Assembly: GCF_900289195.1 (NCBI RefSeq)
Contig: NZ_OMOH01000004.1
Location: 300,001-332,000 of the forward strand
Source of the DNA: Propionibacterium ruminifibrarum
GTDB lineage: Bacteria; Actinomycetota; Actinomycetes; Propionibacteriales; Propionibacteriaceae
DNA: 32,000 nucleotides
Direction of reading: 5' to 3'
In this document: in pieces, positions 16,801 to 24,600 of the stretch
Numbering within the stretch: position 1 is the first letter of the stretch
Layout of the letters: each line of letters begins with the position of its first letter
Program-made: the position numbers and the translations under genes
Notes under the pieces: generated by a model
Told to the model about the DNA's origin: nothing
What the model saw: only the letters and a program-made list of their open reading frames with translations
The model's database searches: none

Positions 16801-17648
16801 CCCTGGAAGTAGACGTCGGGATTCTGCGCCGTGCCGCGGATGAACGGATGCTCGGGGCTGAGGGCGCGCTCGCGGTGGGCGCGGATGAGCGAGTCGGGCA
16901 CCATGGAGCGCAGCTCGTCGTCGGTGAGCTGGATGCACGTATTGAGCTCATGGCTGGTGCGGAACCCGTCGAAGAAGTGCATGAACGGCACGCGCGAGCG
17001 CAGCGTGGCGACCTGAGCGATGAGCGCATTGTCGTGGCACTGCTGGACACCGGTTGAGCACAGCATCGCCCAACCGGTCTGGCGGCAGGCCATGACGTCC
17101 TGGTGGTCGCCGAAGATCGACAGCCCCTGGGCGGCCAGGGACCGGGCCGCGACGTGCATGACCGTGCTGGTGAGTTCGCCGGCGATCTTGTACATGTTCG
17201 GGATCATGAGGAGCAGGCCCTGGCTGGCGGTGAAGGTCGTCGACAGCGCACCGCCTTGCAGCGCGCCGTGCAGCGCACCCGCGGCACCGCCCTCCGACTG
17301 CATCTCCATGACGTGCGGCACCTGGCCCCAGATGTTGGGACGGGCCTTGGCCGCCCATTCGTCGGCCAGTTCGGCCATCGGGGAACTCGGCGTGATCGGG
17401 TAGATCGAGCAGAGCTCGTTGATGCGGAAGGCGACATCGGAGGCGGCGGTGTTGCCGTCGCAGATCATCTGGTTGCGGCGATCGCGCTCCTCCCGGGTCT
17501 CCCTGACCTCCTCGACGGCGTCCTCGGCGCCTTCGGCGATGTCGACCGGCGAGGGGGTGGCGGTGGCCGCCTCGCCGGTGGGGATCGAGTTGTCGACCGA
17601 CATGGCGTCGGAACCTGGGACTGGGCGGCGGGTGGTTGTCGTGCTCAT
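13878..17648 (-). CDS. nifJ: Pyruvate:ferredoxin (flavodoxin) oxidoreductase, single-chain PFOR
   Basis: About 1256 aa. MICDGNTAASDVAFRINELCSIYPITPSSPMAE. A ferredoxin-like domain with CIQCGNCSFVCPHG and CTGCGLCVEACP. TPP domain GDGWAYDIGSGGVDHV. Start options are ATG 17648 (GGAGAGG 8 nt upstream), GTG 17657 (GTGA overlap), and internal ATGs at 17603 and 17468. Confidence 0.95.
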   Translation of the reverse strand: MSTTTTRRPVPGSDAMSVDNSIPTGEAATATPSPVDIAEGAEDAVEEVRETREERDRRNQMICDGNTAASDVAFRINELCSIYPITPSSPMAELADEWAAKARPNIWGQVPHVMEMQSEGGAAGALHGALQGGALSTTFTASQGLLLMIPNMYKIAGELTSTVMHVAARSLAAQGLSIFGDHQDVMACRQTGWAMLCSTGVQQCHDNALIAQVATLRSRVPFMHFFDGFRTSHELNTCIQLTDDELRSMVPDSLIRAHRERALSPEHPFIRGTAQNPDVYFQGREAANKYYNAVPTILQEAMDDFAALTGRQYHLVDYYGAPDAERVIVIMGSGAETVQQTVSRLNEQGAKVGLLVVRLYRPFPAAQLLDALPATVRRVAVLDRTKEPGSNGEPLFLDVATTLAEAYAAGERPWLPLVTGGRYGLSSKEFTPGMCAAVFEELAKDKPKRRFTIGITDDVTNLSIPWDDTVDLEDPRTQRAVFYGIGSDGTVGANKNTIKILGHEPGIYAQGYFVYDSKKSGGRTTSHLRFGPDPIKAPYLVTQAGFIGVHHWADLERIDVLVFARKGTTVLINSPYPAEEVWDLLPAPMQQKIIDLELQVYAIDAGAVARQAGLGNRTNTVLQTCYFAISGVLEAEHAIRAIKDSITATYAKKSMDIVNKNHAAVDAALEHLHRIEVPGQVTSTTGYLPPVPDNAPDFVKDVTAAMMTERGETLPVSKVPADGSYPSGTTRFEKRNVSEIIAVWDEENCIQCGNCSFVCPHGVLRAKYYEPGVLNSAPAGFQSMPLDAAGLPDTRYTLQVFAEDCTGCGLCVEACPVRPIGQPQRKAINLESVLDRTNERANVEFFQKIPNPQRTRVNFGSVRGTQFLEPLFEFSGACPGCGETPYLKLLTQLFGDRAQVANATGCSSIYGGNLPTTPWAKNAEGRGPSWSNSLFEDNAEFGLGMRMAADLHHELACQRLAELRPLIADDELVDALLGAEQSFESELRAQARRVETLKERLAGMAADPALDETTRLRVEDLRSVADNLLRRSVWIVGGDGWAYDIGSGGVDHVLASGRDINVLVLDTEVYSNTGGQASKSTPMGSVAKFATAGKVTNKKDMAMQAVSYGDVYVARVAMGADPEQTLKAFREAEAYHGPSLIIAYSHCISHGFPMRLGLEQQYKAVASGHWPLFRYNPETRNAGGNPFLLDSARPRIPLEEYRKGELRYKMLMTSDPDEARRLTDIAQEQVNRRWADYEEMASRPAEMFASVARRAD

Positions 17649-17653
17649 GTCAA

Positions 17654-19282
17654 TCACCTCTCCGGGATCATTTCAATGGCGTGGACGGGGCACTGCTCGT
17701 AGCAGGTGCCACACCCGGTGCACTTCTCGTAGTCGAAGCGGTAGCGGTGGCCCTTGCCGAGTTTGATGATGGCGTCCTCGGGGCATGACCCGAAGCAGCC
17801 GTCGCATTCGAAGCAGTTGCCGCAGCTGAGGCAGCGGCGGGCCTCGAAGATGGCCTCCTCCTCGGTGAGGCCCTTGACGACCTCACCGAAGTCGATGCGC
17901 TCGCTCGGGTCGAGCTCGGCCTGGACCTCGCGCGGGTGGTCGCCGAAGTACCACAGGTGCAGGTCGTCGAAGTGGACGATCGGGTGCTTGACGCGCGGGC
18001 TCGGGGCCAGGTGGTTGAGCCAGGTGTCGATCTGCCGGGCGGCGCGCTTGCCGTGCCCGACACCGACGGTGACCGTGCGCTCGGAGGGGACGGCGTCGCC
18101 GCCGGCGAAGATGCCGGGCACGTCGGTCATGAGTGTCGTGGGGTCGACGCGGACGACGTCGCCGTTGAACTGCATCCCGGGGATCTTCTGCAGGAAGCCG
18201 GTGTCCGCGACCTGACCGACGGCCATGATGACGGTGTCCGCAGCGAGCCGCTCGAACTGTCCGGTGCCGTGGGGCCTGCCGTTCTCGTCGAGTTCCATGA
18301 TCTCGACCTCGACGCCCTCGGCGTCCATCTGGTTGATGGTGCGCAGCCAGTGCATCTGCACGCCCTCACGCTCGGCCTCGTCGAGTTCCTCCTTGTGGGC
18401 CGGCATCTGCTCCTCGGTGCGGCGGTAGATGATCACCGCGTCCTCGGCCCCGAGGCGCCTGGCCACGCGGGCGGCGTCCATGGCCGTGTTGCCGCCGCCG
18501 TAGACGGCGACCCGGCGGCCGATGACCGGCTTGTCGCCGCTGGCGACACCGCGCAGGAAGTCGACGGCGTCGACCATGCGGCCGGCGTCCATGCTGGGGA
18601 TCTCGACGCGGCGCGACAGGTGCGCGCCGATGGCGACGAAGACGGCGTCGAAGTTGCCGTCCCGCTGCTCCGCCAGCAGGTCCTCGACCGGATGATTGAG
18701 GACGATCTTGACGCCCAGTTCCTCGATGCGGGCGATCTCGACGTCCACGACGTCGCGCGGCAGCCGGTACTCGGGGATGCCGTACCGCATCATGCCGCCC
18801 GCCTTCTCGCCCGCGTCGTGGATCTCGACCTCGTGACCGAGACGCGCCAGGTGGTAGGCGGCGGACAGGCCGGCGGGGCCCGCGCCGATGATCAGCACGC
18901 GATAGCCGGTGTTGTTGCGGGGACGGTTGAACTTCCAGCCGCGCTCGATGGCCATGTCACCCAGGTAGCGCTCCACGGAGTGAATCGAGACGGACTGGTC
19001 GAGGTCGCCGCGGTTGCACGCGGTCTCGCACGGGTGGTAGCAGACGCGGCCGTGAATTGCCGGGAATGGGTTGTCGCGCACGAGCTGACGCCAGGCGTTC
19101 TCGGGGTCGGTCTCCTTGACCAGGCGCAGCCACTCCTGGCAGTTCTCGCCCGCGGGGCAGGCGTTGTTGCACGGCGGCAGCAGGTCCACGTAGATCGGCA
19201 TGCGCGTGCGCACCGGACCCACTCGGCCGGCACTGGACGCAAGGTCGGGGAGCATCGTGATGTCGCTGCGCTCGGTGGTCAT
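17654..19282 (-). CDS. GltD/PreT-like NAD(P)H-dependent flavoprotein oxidoreductase with C-terminal 2x[4Fe-4S] ferredoxin domain
   Basis: N-terminal cluster motifs CNNACPAGENC and CYHPCETAC. Dinucleotide folds VLIIGAGPAGLSAA and VAVYGGGNTAMDAA. GIFAGGD. C-terminal CLSCGNCFECDGC..CP and CTGCGTCYEQCP. The ATG is preceded by AAAGGAAAAGGG. Confidence 0.9.
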   Translation of the reverse strand: MTTERSDITMLPDLASSAGRVGPVRTRMPIYVDLLPPCNNACPAGENCQEWLRLVKETDPENAWRQLVRDNPFPAIHGRVCYHPCETACNRGDLDQSVSIHSVERYLGDMAIERGWKFNRPRNNTGYRVLIIGAGPAGLSAAYHLARLGHEVEIHDAGEKAGGMMRYGIPEYRLPRDVVDVEIARIEELGVKIVLNHPVEDLLAEQRDGNFDAVFVAIGAHLSRRVEIPSMDAGRMVDAVDFLRGVASGDKPVIGRRVAVYGGGNTAMDAARVARRLGAEDAVIIYRRTEEQMPAHKEELDEAEREGVQMHWLRTINQMDAEGVEVEIMELDENGRPHGTGQFERLAADTVIMAVGQVADTGFLQKIPGMQFNGDVVRVDPTTLMTDVPGIFAGGDAVPSERTVTVGVGHGKRAARQIDTWLNHLAPSPRVKHPIVHFDDLHLWYFGDHPREVQAELDPSERIDFGEVVKGLTEEEAIFEARRCLSCGNCFECDGCFGSCPEDAIIKLGKGHRYRFDYEKCTGCGTCYEQCPVHAIEMIPER

Positions 19283-19825
19283 GGCGAACCCTTTTCCTTT
19301 GCCTCGTCAGCGGGACTCCACAGTGAGCGGGGCCTCGTTGAACCCGCGCCAAGAACCCCGCATCAGTCGCAGGACCTTGGCCACTGACTTTCCGGCGGGC
19401 CTGCGGGGGACCTGGGTCCACCACAGGTAACGGACCGGCTTGGTCCCAAACTACATCAGAATGCGTGGAAAGTAACCCCCGGCGGCTTGGGTTCTTGGTA
19501 TTTTTTCTGGCTCGCAGGGAGTTATTCACGGTCCAGTCACGACGCCGGCAGAATCACCCTCCGCTCCGAGCCACCGGGTATTCACGGTGCCATTACGGTG
19601 AGGCTCGCCTTAATTACTTCATCGACCATCAATGCCGCCCCATTGACAACCGCGATCCGGGGAGAATTATCGGAACTGCCGCCACGAACGAACTGAAAAG
19701 GAAAGCCTCGCCTTGGCAAATGCGAGGGGCCGGAGTCGAGAGGAGCCCCGGCCACACGTTTACGAGACACCCTGCCACCGCGCTGCGAGCCGGGTCGGCG
19801 ACATGAGAATCGCAAGGGCTCATTC

Positions 19826-19854
19826 TTGATACGTTGATGTCGTGATGCGATGAT
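19826..19854 (+). promoter_or_regulatory. Candidate vapBC promoter TTGATA - 17 nt - GATGAT, implying a leaderless or near-leaderless vapB mRNA
   Basis: TTGATA at 19826-19831 and GATGAT at 19849-19854. The vapB ATG at 19861 lies 7 nt after the -10 element, and no Shine-Dalgarno sequence lies between them. The spacer and -10 contain TGATG three times with 8-nt phasing. Confidence 0.3.
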
Positions 19855-19860
19855 GTGTTT

Positions 19861-20094
19861 ATGCGGACAACTCTTGACCTCGACGACAAGGTTCTGGCGG
19901 TGGCCCGTGAACGAGCGCGACGCGAAGGGATCTCCCTGGGGCGTGCAGTGTCTCAACTGGCCCTGCTGGGCATCACCGGCACCTCGTTCAAGACCGGGAG
20001 CCGAGGCGTCCCTCTGTTCGCCCCACCACCGGGAAGCAACCCCCACCCGGTCACGCCTGAACTCATCGAACAGCACCGTGACGAAGACGAGTGA
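19861..20094 (+). CDS. vapB: Type II antitoxin, VapB family
   Basis: MRTTLDLDDKVLAVARERARREGISLGRAVSQLA is the typical MRTTLDLDD.L N-terminus of actinobacterial VapB antitoxins. Length 77 aa. The stop overlaps or abuts the PIN gene start. Confidence 0.8.
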   Translation: MRTTLDLDDKVLAVARERARREGISLGRAVSQLALLGITGTSFKTGSRGVPLFAPPPGSNPHPVTPELIEQHRDEDE

Positions 20095-20099
20095 AACCC

Positions 20100-20537
20100 A
20101 TGACGCGGCATCGGACACGACTCCTCGACGTCAATGTCGTCATCGCATTGTCCCTGCCATCCCATGTTCATCACGAGATCGTCACGGCCTGGTTCGAGGA
20201 CGTCAGGGACTGGGCGACCTGTCCGATCACGCAGTCGGCGTATGTACGACTGCTGCTCAACCAGAATGTGACGGGGTTCCGGATCGCGCCGGGCGACGTT
20301 CTTGCCGGACTGGCCGCCCTGTGCGCCGTGGACGGACACGAGTTCCTGTCCGATGACGCACCGCTGAGTGAGCCCCTGATCGACTTCTCCGTCCTGTCCG
20401 GCAGCAAGCAGATCACCGATCTTCATCTCGTCGACCTGGCGGCCCGGCATCGCGCGGTTCTAGCGACAATGGACAGCCGGATCCCGGACGCGCTCACCCC
20501 CGATGACCGCAGGCATGTGGAACTGATCCCCGTCTGA
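20100..20537 (+). CDS. vapC: Type II toxin, PIN-domain ribonuclease VapC
   Basis: RLLDVNVVIALSLPSHVHHEIVTAWF...WATCPITQSAYVRLL...QITDLHLVDLAARHRAVLATMD is the PIN pattern of the Mycobacterium-type VapC family. The start is ATG 20100 or GTG 20091 (GTGA overlap with the vapB stop). Confidence 0.85.
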   Translation: MTRHRTRLLDVNVVIALSLPSHVHHEIVTAWFEDVRDWATCPITQSAYVRLLLNQNVTGFRIAPGDVLAGLAALCAVDGHEFLSDDAPLSEPLIDFSVLSGSKQITDLHLVDLAARHRAVLATMDSRIPDALTPDDRRHVELIPV

Positions 20538-20583
20538 GCGGGAAGGGCGTTCGGCGCGGCCAGGACCACGAAGGGGCCGGCCG

Positions 20584-20892
20584 TCAGCCGATCTGCTTGA
20601 GGGCCTCGTCCAGGCGGTCGAGCTTGCCGGTCATCTCGCCGGTGAAACCGGTGTGGATGTCGGCCTTGAGGACGAGCGAGACACGCGGACTCACCGCTGC
20701 CACCGCCTCGCAGGCGTCGTGAATGACCCCCATGCACTCGTCCCAGGTGCCCTCGATGTTCGTGAACATCGAGTTGGTCTCGTTGGGCAGCCCCGACTCG
20801 CGGACGACCTTCACCGCCGCGGCCACCGCATCGTGGATGTAGCCGTGGGCGTCGTCGCCGCCGGCTGGGCTGATCGCAAAGGCAACAAGCAT
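20584..20892 (-). CDS. MTH1187/YkoF-family (DUF77) thiamine-binding-like protein
   Basis: 102 aa. MLVAFAISPAGGDDAHGYIHDAVAAAVKVVRESGLPNETNSMFTNIEGTWDECMGVI matches the family pattern (M....F...P.G......YV..A......SGL......M.T.IEG.WDE.M). Confidence 0.8.
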   Translation of the reverse strand: MLVAFAISPAGGDDAHGYIHDAVAAAVKVVRESGLPNETNSMFTNIEGTWDECMGVIHDACEAVAAVSPRVSLVLKADIHTGFTGEMTGKLDRLDEALKQIG

Positions 20893-21000
20893 GACACGAG
20901 ACTACGACACCCGCCCGCCCCTCCGGGAGCCCCTGTGGCCCTGGACTCCAGGAGCCCTGCGTGCCAGAGTGTGGCCCATCAGCCGAGGGACTCACTCCCG

Positions 21001-21044
21001 ATCCGGTCATCACCGTCCTTGAATCCGGTCATCACCGTCCTTGA
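21001..21044. repeat. Perfect 22-bp tandem duplication (atccggtcatcaccgtccttga x2) abutting the yagU ribosome-binding site
   Basis: Copy 1 at 21001-21022 and copy 2 at 21023-21044 are identical. The sequence continues ggggaacgatcATG, so the SD-like GAGGGG is formed at the end of copy 2. Confidence 0.9.
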
Positions 21045-21055
21045 GGGGAACGATC

Positions 21056-21646
21056 ATGTCAGAACGAACCGCTCGCATCCTCGGCAGCACCGAGCCCGCG
21101 CGACGCCACGTCGGGACGGCGCTCCTCGTCGGCGCCATAGCCGGCCTCTTCTCGGCCATCGTCAAGTTCGGTTGGGAGGTGCCCTTCCCGCCCCGCACGC
21201 CCGAACGTAACGCCACCAACCCTCCCCAGACCATGCTTGAGCAGTGGTTCGGCATGAGCCCCGAGCAGTCCCATACGACCGTGTCCTTCAACCTCAACGA
21301 CACGCTCCCGATCTACTCCTTCATCGTCCACTTCGCCTTCTCGATCGCCGTCGCGCTCTTCTACTGCGTGGCGGCCGAGTACGTCCCCAGGATCAAGCTG
21401 TGGCAGGGCGCGGCGTTCGGCCTGCTCGTCTGGATCGGCGCGCACCTCGTCCTCATGCCGCTCACCGGCATCGTCCCCTCGCCCTTCCCCTGGGTGGACG
21501 GCGGCCAGACCTGGTCGGAGCACTTCTCCGAGGCTCTCGGCCACATCGTGTGGATGTGGTCGATCGAAGTCGTCCGCAGGGACCTGCGCAACCGCATCAC
21601 GCACGAACCGGACGCCGAGATCCCCCTGGCAGCCGCCACCCGCTAG
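21056..21646 (+). CDS. yagU: YagU-family inner membrane protein (DUF1440)
   Basis: [20 protein letters not shown]...[16 protein letters not shown]...[35 protein letters not shown] is nearly collinear with E. coli YagU as I recall it ([24 protein letters not shown]). Confidence 0.9.
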   Translation: [196 protein letters not shown]

Positions 21647-21669
21647 GACCGGTCCGGCAGCACCGGCCT

Positions 21670-24600
21670 TCAGACCCGCACCGCCGAGCGGAGCCCGACC
21701 CGCCGGTCGCAGGCCTCGACCAGACCCGGGTCGTGGGTGATGACGAGCACCCCGGCGGCCCCGACACCCGCCCACACGTCACCCATGAGCGCCTCAGCCG
21801 TGTCGTGGTCGAGGTGCTCGGTGGGCTCGTCCAGGATGACCAGCCGGTTTCGGTCGCGGCTCACGAGCAGACGCGCCATCGCCACCCGGCGAGCCTCACC
21901 GCCGGAGAGGGTCGCGCCGGCCTCCCCCACCTCGCGGTCGGGGTTCATGGCCCGCAGGCCGGCCGCGTCGAGGGCGGCACGCACCTGCTCATCGGTGGCG
22001 TCCTTGTTCCCGATCCGCACGTTCTCGGTGATCGAGGTGGCGAAGATGTGGGCGTCCTGGGCGAGGTAGCCGATGCCGGACGGTGCCCTCATCCGGCCAC
22101 CGCGCGGGGGGATGAGGCCCATGACGGTGGCGGCCAGGGTCGTCTTGCCGGCTCCGGACGGTCCGGTGAGCGCCACCCGCTCGCCGGGGTCGATGCGCAG
22201 GCTGACGGGTTCGGTGACGATCGGCCCGTCGGGCCAGCCCACCTGCAGGCCGTCGAGCTCGAGTTCGCGCACGCCGTTGTCGACGCCTATCTCCCGGTCG
22301 CCGCGGCCCACGGGCTCAGCGGTCATGATCGCGAGCACCCGGCTCAGGGCCGTACGGGCCCGGGTGAGGCTCTGCGCCGCCTTGATCAGGTCATTGAAGC
22401 TCTCGTTGAGGGCGAGTGGCGTCAGGACGAGGACGGCGAGTTCGCGACGGAGTAGCGTCCCGGCCATGACGGCACGCCCGCCGATCAGCAGGCCCCCGGT
22501 GACGGCGATGCCGCACAGGAGCATCTGGCCGGCGGCGGCCAGGCCCCGGGTCCAGGCCGCGCGGGCCTCGGCGGCGGCCAGCCGGCCGTCGATCTCCTGC
22601 AGCCGGGCCAGGGCGGTCCCGGCGCCTCCGTAGGCGACCAGTTCTGGAGCGCAGCGGGTCATCTGGCGCACCTCGTCGCCCAGATCCCCTCGTAGGGGGA
22701 TGACCGCGCGGTCGGCCTGCTCGGACAGCCGCTGGCCCAGCCAGGGCAGGACGAAGCCGGCGAGGGCGCTCGTGACGAACAGCAGCACGGCTGCGGCGGG
22801 CGAGAAGGCCCACATGACGGCGCTCGCGGCGACGACGACCAGCCCCGAGCCGAGGAAGGGCACGAGCACGCGGACGACGATGTCGAGTACGCCCTCGACA
22901 TCGGCGGTGACGCGCACCAGCAGGTCGCCGCGGCGGCGGCCCAGCAGCGTGGTGCGGGCGAGCCGGGCGAAGATGGTCTCGCGAAGGGCGCTCTCCATGC
23001 GCAGGGCCAGGTCGTGGCCGAGCAGGCGCTCGGCGTAGCGGAAGGCGCCTCGCCCGATGCCGAAGAAGCGCACGAGCACGGCGGCGGCCATCAGGTGGAG
23101 CACCGGCGGGTGCTCGGCGGCGCGGCTGAGCAGCCAGCCGGCCACCCCCATCAGACCGACGGACGACCCGGTCGCGCAGACGGCGAGCAGGGCGGCGCCG
23201 GCCAACCGCGCGTAACCGGCCGGTACCACCGCGAGCAGGCGCCCGACGAGCCGGGCCGGTGTCTCGACGCGGCACTGCGACGGGTCGAGGCCGGGTAGCC
23301 GGTTCCTCTCGGGGGGCCTGCGGTCCAGGGCGTGCGGGTGGCCGCCGTTGGCGAGAAGGAAGGTGTCCTCGTCCGCGCCGGACCCGGGACCGTCCACTGG
23401 TCCGGGCTCCGCGGCAGTCCCGGTCTCGGCCCGGGGCGCCGGCTCGGTGGGCGCCGGGGGCATGGCGACGGTGACGACCTGATCGGCCGTCTCCATCATG
23501 GCCGGCCGGTGCGAGATGACGATGGCGGAGGCGCCGCTGGAGCGCACGGCGGCGATGGCGCGGGCCTCGGTGTCCTGGTCGAGGCCGGCGGTCGGCTCGT
23601 CCAGGACGAGGAGCCCGGCGCCCCCCAGCTCGATGCGCAGCAGGGCCCGGGCGAGGGCGACACGGCGGCGCTCCCCCGAGCTGAGCCCCTCGCCCTCATC
23701 GGCCACGCGGTGGTCGAGGGTGAGCGCCTCGCCCCCGGCACGGTCGAGGGCCGCGCGCAGCTGCAGGTCGTCGGCGGCCGGGAAGCCGGCGCGGATGTTC
23801 TCGGCGATCGTCCCATTGAGCATGGCCGGGTCCTGCGAGACGTAGGCGATGCGGGCACGCCACGAGTCGAGGTCGATCCGCGCCAGGTCGACGTCGCCGA
23901 CGAGGACGCGTCCGCTCGTGGCGGGCTGGAAACCCATGAGAACGTTGAGGGCGGTGGATTTCCCGCCGCCGGAGGGCCCGGCGAGGACGAGCACCTGGCC
24001 GGGGTCGAGGCGGCAGCTGAGTGGGGCGAGAGCCGGGCCGGCGGCCCCCGGATAGGTGACCGACAGGTCGTCGAGGATCACCGGCGCCCGGGCCGGGTCG
24101 GGCGCCGGGACCGTGCCGCCGGATGCGTTCGCCTCGGCCCGCTCGATGATCTCGAAGGCCTGGGCGGCTGCCGCGGTGCCGTCGGCGGAGTCGTGGAAGT
24201 GGACACCGACCTGACGGATCGGCAGGTAGACCTCGGGGGTCAGGATCAGGACGAACAGCGAGGTGCGCAGGTCGAACTGGCCGGCGACGACGCGCATGCC
24301 CATCGAGACGGCCACGAGCGCCACGGACAGGGTGCTGAGCAGTTCGAGGACGAAGGACGACAGGAACGCCAGGCGCAGGGTCCGCATCGTCTCGGTGCGG
24401 TGGGCGCGTTCGGTGCGGCGCAGGCCCTCGAGCTGGGCGCGGGCGCGACCGAAGACCTGCAGGGTGGGCAGGCCGGCCACGAGGTCGGCGAAGTGGTTCG
24501 ACAGGCGGGTCTGCTGGGTGAAACGCCGGTCGACCTGCTTGGCGGTTGCGATGCCGATGAGCGCCATGAAGACCGGGATGAGGGGGATCGTCACGGCGAT

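Noticed and set aside
13377-17057. A 1226-aa plus-strand ORF, and similar long ORFs in the track: 1271..2641 -, 2622..4217 -, 7875..9365 +, 11440..12633 +, 17936..19387 +, 21244..22455 +, 23332..25152 +, 25071..26495 +, 27894..29828 -.
   Set aside because: Each lies antisense to, or out of frame with, a gene that has unmistakable family motifs. Their translations are low-complexity Arg/Gly/Ala/Pro/Asp/His-rich strings with no recognisable domains. Long open antisense frames are expected from stop-codon scarcity in roughly 70% G+C DNA.
19465-19806. A 113-aa plus-strand ORF, overlapping 69-aa and 86-aa ORFs, and a 178-aa minus-strand ORF (19582..20118) in the lower-GC intergenic region.
   Set aside because: None has an RBS, GC3 bias or recognisable motifs. 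The translations are Arg/Pro/Ser-rich, and the minus-strand ORF runs antisense through vapB. The region is better explained as regulatory or non-coding.
20893-21000. A possible TPP (THI-box) riboswitch in the leader of the MTH1187/YkoF-like thiamine-binding-family gene.
   Set aside because: The minus-sense leader contains CTGATGGGCCACACTCTGGCACGCAGGG, which loosely recalls the CCTGATCTGG...GCCAGCG.AGGGA arm. I could not find the obligatory CTGAGA core, a P2/P3 stem, or a closing P1 helix. It should still be scanned with the RF00059 covariance model to be sure.
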